From: a virus
Direction: 5' to 3' (one strand)
Virus record (IMG/VR): IMGVR_UViG_3300027903_000005
Length of the DNA: 37,554 nucleotides
Made by a program: the position numbers and the translations under genes. Each line of letters starts with the position of its first letter. The first letter of the stretch is position 1. The notes beneath the pieces were generated by a model. That model ran no database searches, was not told where the DNA came from, and saw nothing but the letters and a program-made list of their open reading frames with translations. Positions 33,097 through 37,554 of the stretch are shown here, one piece after another.

Positions 33097-33264
33097 AAAA
33101 CCTTGGGAGGACTTTACTCACCCGTAAAAAACTAAATAGAAAAACAAATCTAACTTCGGCAAATATAACGATAAACGATATTTAGTTAAAAGACAAATTA
33201 TTAATTCAAGGATAAATTAACAATTTGATTTTTATTTTCAATAATCTATCGTAATATGTACACC

Positions 33265-33293
33265 TGAAATGTAAATATAAAACTTACATTTCA
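33265..33293. repeat. 10-bp inverted repeat TGAAATGTAA-n9-TTACATTTCA upstream of the initiator-like gene
   Basis: Read directly. It lies in an AT-rich 286-bp non-coding region. Confidence 0.8.
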
Positions 33294-33382
33294 AAATTTT
33301 TCCCTTAAATCAAATTACAAGTTTGACTTAAGGCCTAACAATTGCTCCAACAGCAACACCTTTACAAGGAAAGCATATCTTA

Positions 33383-34537
33383 ATGTACCAATCATCACAA
33401 TGCAATAGTTTTAATCAAGTTTCTAGCTATTTACCTGAAAATAATTCAAAAAACACAGATTTAAAAGTAATATATCGTACTCAAGAATATATAAATACAC
33501 TTGAAGATATTAGATATGCTGTCCTTCAAAATAGAAAAACCCTACGAAAATCATCAGCCTCGGTTCTTTTAAAAATAATTTCATCTCGAAATGAAAAGTT
33601 TGGTAACTGTATAACACGTCAAACAGTTCTTGCCGATGAAATGATTAAATTTGGTTATCACAAGCGTATAACTGAAAAGCAAATATCTAGGATAGCTAAT
33701 AAACTTAGAGATTCGGGCCTTATTACTTTTATTCGAACAATAAAAAAGAATGGTTATAAAGCGACATACAGTTACAAGCTAACAGAATTAGGTAGAGAAA
33801 TTTATTTCTATGTAATTAAAAATAACGAATCAAACCTACAGATAAAAGTTTTAGAGTCTACAACTAAATCTGTGGATAATTGTTCGCCATTAAATAAACT
33901 TTCAGAATATTTATCAAAAATGTCCGGTCCAAAACCAGTCCAAAGTCTATACAAATCAATGGTTGAAAATAAAAATGTCCGGTCTAATATTAATATCCCA
34001 TATTTAAATCTCCATACCCATACGCGCTGGACGCAAAATAAAAATAGTGAGGTAAAAGTGATCGAGGAAGAAAAAAAATACTCGTTTATAGATTTGAAAG
34101 CCGAACCTATCGACATTGACGAACCACCATTTGAATTTTTACAAAAAAATAATTACCCATATCTTGAATCTTTTCAAGAAGAAATAAAGTCAGGCAACAT
34201 AAAAATTTGTTCTTTTTCAGATCCCGATCACTTAACCGTAAAAGATATGATTCGGATAAAACATGAAGAACCGCCAGTTAAAATGTCATCAATACCTATT
34301 AACAAAACTAAATTGTCCCACGAGGTTTATCAGTTTCTTTGGAAAAATTTTAATGGAATACAATTTAATATTGTTTGTGAAATTTTAGAGAATACTAGAG
34401 CTTCTGGAGCTGTTAAGATGAATATAATTGAATCTTTAAAACAATTAGTAGCTAATCTTACAAAAAGAAATAAACCAATTAGGAATTTTTATGGGTTAGC
34501 ATACTCTATAACAAATAAAGTTTTATATGGTGAATAA
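33383..34537 (+). CDS. winged-helix DNA-binding protein; replication-initiator candidate
   Basis: 384 aa. VLLKIISSRNEKFGNCITRQTVLADEMIKFGYHKRITEKQISRIANKLRDSGLITFIRTIKKNGYKATYSYKLTELG reads as a wHTH. DnaA boxes lie inside and just after the gene. Confidence 0.45.
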   Translation: MYQSSQCNSFNQVSSYLPENNSKNTDLKVIYRTQEYINTLEDIRYAVLQNRKTLRKSSASVLLKIISSRNEKFGNCITRQTVLADEMIKFGYHKRITEKQISRIANKLRDSGLITFIRTIKKNGYKATYSYKLTELGREIYFYVIKNNESNLQIKVLESTTKSVDNCSPLNKLSEYLSKMSGPKPVQSLYKSMVENKNVRSNINIPYLNLHTHTRWTQNKNSEVKVIEEEKKYSFIDLKAEPIDIDEPPFEFLQKNNYPYLESFQEEIKSGNIKICSFSDPDHLTVKDMIRIKHEEPPVKMSSIPINKTKLSHEVYQFLWKNFNGIQFNIVCEILENTRASGAVKMNIIESLKQLVANLTKRNKPIRNFYGLAYSITNKVLYGE

Positions 34538-34545
34538 TAGAATTT

Positions 34546-34568
34546 TTATCCACAATTTTTGTGAATAA
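34546..34568. promoter_or_regulatory. inverted pair of DnaA boxes (TTATCCACA, and TGTGAATAA which is the reverse complement of TTATTCACA)
   Basis: Both fit TTATNCACA and are separated by 5 nt. A further perfect box, TGTGGATAA, lies at 33871-33879 inside the upstream gene. Confidence 0.55.
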
Positions 34569-34603
34569 CTCATGTATAAAAAATAATAAGGAAAGTTAAA
34601 TAA

Positions 34604-34861
34604 ATGATTAAAACTCTAATGGATTGGGGTAAAAAAGGTGTTTGTCGTCTAGCACATAATAAAGCTATAGAAACATTAGATAATCCTGGAATAGGACAAG
34701 AAGAGGCAGAATCAATTTACGAAGACATATTCTTTAAGCAAATAAGGATTATACAGAGGAAGCATAGGACAGCAGAGTTAGAAAAGAAGAAGAAACTAGA
34801 AGCCAAAGAAACCTTCCGTTTCAAATTAAGCAATATAAATAAAAAACAGGAGAAACAATGA
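34604..34861 (+). CDS. hypothetical basic protein (85 aa)
   Basis: SD AAGGAAAG. The stop overlaps the next ATG (ATGA). Confidence 0.6.
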   Translation: MIKTLMDWGKKGVCRLAHNKAIETLDNPGIGQEEAESIYEDIFFKQIRIIQRKHRTAELEKKKKLEAKETFRFKLSNINKKQEKQ

Positions 34862-35022
34862 AAATATTATCAAATAAACTTACTTCTTCAATATCAGGTG
34901 GAACAAACGAAGAAGTGCAATACTATGGAAGATACATCATTGAAAATTTGGAGGATGGAAAAGTTAGGATGATTATGTGTTTGGTTGCTGAGGGAGACCT
35001 TAAAGAACCAAAAGCTTATTAA
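34858..35022 (+). CDS. 54-aa peptide with a double-glycine leader (MKILSNKLTSSISGG), below the track cutoff
   Basis: Own translation: MKILSNKLTSSISGGTNEEVQYYGRYIIENLEDGKVRMIMCLVAEGDLKEPKAY. The leader is nearly identical in pattern to that of 29243..29548 (MKILENKYLKSISGA). Confidence 0.5.
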   Translation: MKILSNKLTSSISGGTNEEVQYYGRYIIENLEDGKVRMIMCLVAEGDLKEPKAY

Positions 35023-35043
35023 CTTATATAGAGGAAAAACATA

Positions 35044-36321
35044 ATGACGGTAACTGCGCAAGACTTAGAAGTTTTAGATGTTCCACAACCTTTGCCAACT
35101 ATAAGTTCAGATCCTACATCTGAACAAACGGGGGAAACGTTGCCACCAAGCTATTCTTTTCGAGCTTTACCAGTTGTTGATGTTTCTTCTCCTATACCTT
35201 CACCTAAGAAAATAAAAGAGAATGTAATACGAGACAGACATTTATTAAGGTTCTGCAACGTTATGGGAGTAGAGCCTGAATCAAGAAATCATTTATCTGC
35301 CATGCAGAATATTGGTCATTATTTAAACACCAGAGTAGATGAACTTTCAATACTGAAATTAAAAATCATTTCCGGTGAGATGGAAATAGCATCTACATGG
35401 TATTATTTAAGCTCCTTAACTTTAGCAAATTATACACTTATGAGTGAGGACAATAGAAGTACCGTTGCAGCTTTCAAGGCATGGGTAGCTTCTGATGTTG
35501 AGCTTTTAGCAAATATTAATGTTGAAGACCTTATGATATTAGGTCAAGATGAGAACTATTATAGGTTTGTGTTTGTTACTTTAGTAAGCGAGCACTCTCC
35601 GCAATGCTCTGTAACAATGCGTGGTTTTAACTCTAAGCTAATGTTAGAGGGTACAGCAGAGCAAACATCTAAGTTTGGATTAAACGTCTTTATACGACGT
35701 TGTGAAGAGCTTCCTGTCGAAGCTATTAAACAACTTGGAGATTCAAATCCGAGGATAGCTCGTAATTTACTGATAGACCTACAGGGGCATACATTATTTG
35801 ATGGTATTTCAGAATATTTTTATAACAAACACTGGCCTACTGAAGAGGTCCAAAAGAATCCAAAGCCTAAAGTAACGACACCGCGCTTCCTTTCTAGGAA
35901 AAAGCTTAAAACGCGCTCGGGTCAATCGTATACGGGGAAAGCAAAAAGCTTTGGTCTAAGAGCTCTAGATTTTTGTTTTGGCGCTTTCTCCCTGGCTTCT
36001 GGATATGTTCTTATGACGGTTCCTGCAGCTATGCAACTTGCTATATTTTCTGCGCCATATGTTTTGGTATCCGCCTTCATAATGTTAGCGGCGTATAAAG
36101 CAAAAAATCTTTTTGCAAAAAGAAAAAAGTCTGTTGAGGCAGACGATGATTCTGAGGATTATATTAGCGTTCCACCTCCTCAAACTGCATTGCAAACACA
36201 AGAAGAAGGTTTAGAATCGGAAAATGATATCTCTGAAGAACAATTTCATGATAAAGAACTTGGTTTTATAGACACAATAGAAGAAGAAATCCCACGAAGA
36301 GGAAGCAATGCCAGCCTATAA
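35044..36321 (+). CDS. 425-aa protein with a Pro/Ser-rich N-terminus, a bilobed hydrophobic hairpin and an acidic C-terminal tail
   Basis: The two hydrophobic helices LRALDFCFGAFSLASGYVLMTV and LAIFSAPYVLVSAFIMLAAY are separated by PAAMQ (aa about 303-351). The C-terminus is ...EEGLESENDISEEQFHDKELGFIDTIEEEIPRRGSNASL. Confidence 0.65.
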   Translation: MTVTAQDLEVLDVPQPLPTISSDPTSEQTGETLPPSYSFRALPVVDVSSPIPSPKKIKENVIRDRHLLRFCNVMGVEPESRNHLSAMQNIGHYLNTRVDELSILKLKIISGEMEIASTWYYLSSLTLANYTLMSEDNRSTVAAFKAWVASDVELLANINVEDLMILGQDENYYRFVFVTLVSEHSPQCSVTMRGFNSKLMLEGTAEQTSKFGLNVFIRRCEELPVEAIKQLGDSNPRIARNLLIDLQGHTLFDGISEYFYNKHWPTEEVQKNPKPKVTTPRFLSRKKLKTRSGQSYTGKAKSFGLRALDFCFGAFSLASGYVLMTVPAAMQLAIFSAPYVLVSAFIMLAAYKAKNLFAKRKKSVEADDDSEDYISVPPPQTALQTQEEGLESENDISEEQFHDKELGFIDTIEEEIPRRGSNASL

Positions 36322-36667
36322 GGAATCTATTAGTCAGATACATTTATTAAGATGGTTTAGATTGCAGTATCCCGACTTGGCTGATTTGCTTGTCGGGTAC
36401 CCTGCAGGAAACAATATGAATTTATTGACCGCTGTAAGAATGAAAGCCATGGGACTACGAGTTGGAATGCCAGACTTGCAGCTTTTGGTGCCAAGATTTA
36501 ATCCTAAATTTATTCCTGGATTATTTATAGAAATGAAATCTGAAAGAGGAAGGCTCTCTAAATCCCAAAATGATTTTCATGATAAGTTGAGAAACCAAAA
36601 TTATACCATTGTAACTTCATACAGTTTTGATGAAGCAAAGTATGAAATTCAAGAATATTTAAAATAA
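36308..36667 (+). CDS. VRR-NUC domain nuclease
   Basis: GLRVGMPDLQLLVP...GLFIEMKSERGRLSKSQNDFHDKLRNQNYTIVTSYSFDEAKYEI matches the G.PD...E.K...G.LS..Q VRR-NUC pattern. Confidence 0.85.
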   Translation: MPAYKESISQIHLLRWFRLQYPDLADLLVGYPAGNNMNLLTAVRMKAMGLRVGMPDLQLLVPRFNPKFIPGLFIEMKSERGRLSKSQNDFHDKLRNQNYTIVTSYSFDEAKYEIQEYLK

Positions 36668-36760
36668 CAACGAAATCATTATCAAATAATTTAATTATTT
36701 TATTTAAGAGTCAGCTTTGTGATAAAGTCTTAATACATATATACAAAATAGGGAAATTTT

Positions 36761-37078
36761 ATGGATTTAAGAAAAGGTTCGGAAGTAAAAGAAGGGAAAA
36801 GGCGCTGTATTCGTTGTAGAGGACGAAAAAAACTATATAAGACAAACGGGGCATGGTCCTTCGAAAACTCAGGCGGAACATTAACAGATTGTATATTATG
36901 TCTTGGAACAGGATTAATAGACCTTCCTGATGATGGAGTTGAGTTTGTTTGTGGTGGAGACCTAGTTCCTATTTCTAAAGAAACGAGATTAAGATTGGAG
37001 AAAGAAGATGCCAAAGAATCCAAAAAAAGACGAACAAGAAAAGCCAAAGAAGCCTCTCCGTTCGAAAAAGAGTACTGA
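36761..37078 (+). CDS. zinc-finger protein (CxxC ... CxxCxGxG, DnaJ-type-like) with a basic tail
   Basis: CIRCRGRKK and CILCLGTG motifs. The 3' end overlaps the longest version of the next ORF. Confidence 0.55.
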   Translation: MDLRKGSEVKEGKRRCIRCRGRKKLYKTNGAWSFENSGGTLTDCILCLGTGLIDLPDDGVEFVCGGDLVPISKETRLRLEKEDAKESKKRRTRKAKEASPFEKEY

Positions 37079-37554
37079 TAAGCCTGCGCGCCCATATCCA
37101 CCTAAATTAAAAGAATATAATGACAAGAAAACGGCGGCGTTTAAAGAAATAATGAAGCCTAAAGTTGAGAAAACCATTATGGGAAGACCAACAATATATA
37201 CAGAAGAGCTTGCGGATTATATTATTAGACAGGTGGCCTCTAGTGATATGGGTCTAAAAGCTTTGTGTGCCTCGGACGATAGGATGCCAAATCATCAGAC
37301 GGTTAATGCATGGAGGTGGGATTATCCTGAGTTTTCAGCCCGTTACCTTACAGCAAAACAACATCAAACATACATTATGGGAGAGGTTTGCGAGGAAATT
37401 GCCGCTGATAAGGCATATTATCACGATGCTACAGGTGAGAAGCGTGTTGACCCCGGTTACATTGCATCACAACGCTTAATGGCTGAAACTAAACGCTGGC
37501 ATATGAGTAAACTTAACCCTACATTCTTTGGAGATAGAAAGGTTGTAGAGCAAC
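37008..37554 (+). CDS. terS: small-terminase-like HTH protein; runs off the window and continues at 1..182
   Basis: MGRPTIYTEELADYIIRQVASSDMGLKALCASDDRMPNHQTVNAWRWDYPEFSARYLTAKQHQ...KRWHMSKLNPTFFGD matches a family I know annotated as terminase small subunit (GRPskYtpE....i...).  The ATG at 37008 has the best SD (GGAG). The ATGs at 37152 and 37179 are alternatives. Confidence 0.65.
   Translation, partial: MPKNPKKDEQEKPKKPLRSKKSTDKPARPYPPKLKEYNDKKTAAFKEIMKPKVEKTIMGRPTIYTEELADYIIRQVASSDMGLKALCASDDRMPNHQTVNAWRWDYPEFSARYLTAKQHQTYIMGEVCEEIAADKAYYHDATGEKRVDPGYIASQRLMAETKRWHMSKLNPTFFGDRKVVEQ
37456..37554. repeat. 99-bp terminal direct repeat, copy 2
   Basis: Identical to bases 1-99. Confidence 0.95.

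Noticed and set aside
33097-33382. Iteron array for the initiator-like protein.
   Set aside because: Apart from a single tandem AACGATA AACGATA and one 10-bp inverted repeat, I could not find three or more regularly spaced direct repeats. I therefore do not claim iterons.
36761-37078. Treating the Zn-finger ORF and the 37008 start of the TerS-like ORF as mutually exclusive.
   Set aside because: A 71-nt out-of-frame overlap is unusual but possible. I kept both and flagged the alternative TerS starts at 37152 and 37179 rather than discarding either ORF.
1-37554. CRISPR array, rRNA genes, or transposase/IS elements.
   Set aside because: I saw no regularly spaced short direct repeats, no rRNA-like conserved stretches and no transposase-like ORFs or terminal inverted repeats while reading both strands.

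Overview
The first 99 nt and the last 99 nt of the window are identical. An ORF running off the right edge continues in frame at the left edge. I therefore read the window as one complete, circularly closed phage genome with 37,455 bp of unique sequence. It is AT-rich and uses strong Shine-Dalgarno sites and the standard genetic code. Almost everything from about 32.8 kb, through the junction, to about 28.1 kb is a tightly packed + strand transcription unit. Its order is: DNA-binding, replication and nuclease genes; a small-terminase-like gene spanning the junction; about 11 small unknown genes; large terminase; portal; a YefM/YoeB toxin-antitoxin pair with a tRNA-like element; scaffold; major capsid; adaptor and gp10-like proteins; three ejection-protein-sized ORFs; a 731-aa fibre or spike; an HNH-NUMOD3 homing endonuclease; and a 7.5-kb array of mosaic tail-fibre paralogs. 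Gene order and protein sizes follow the P22-type podovirus morphogenesis module. This is a synteny argument made from memory, not a search result. A leftward operon (32172 to 28489) starts at a consensus sigma-70 promoter with a palindrome in its spacer. It encodes three micro-ORFs, a YqaJ-type exonuclease, RecT, a 54-aa lipoprotein, and a five-gene AT-rich cassette. That cassette contains two peptides with 15-residue double-glycine-type leaders, one with a Gly-rich microcin-like mature region, followed by a small 2-TM immunity-like protein. A third peptide with a near-identical leader lies at 34858..35022. I found no integrase, no recognisable endolysin, no CRISPR array and no reverse transcriptase. 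The items most worth follow-up are: the leader-peptide (microcin-like) cassette; the modular fibre array; a possible plasmid-like lifestyle (wHTH initiator-like gene, DnaA boxes and an addiction module, with no integrase); the tRNA-like gene with a truncated anticodon arm; an RNAP alpha-CTD-like protein in the small-terminase slot; and a 425-aa protein with a bilobed hydrophobic hairpin and an acidic C-terminal tail. All functional calls come from reading the translations by eye and need profile or structure searches.
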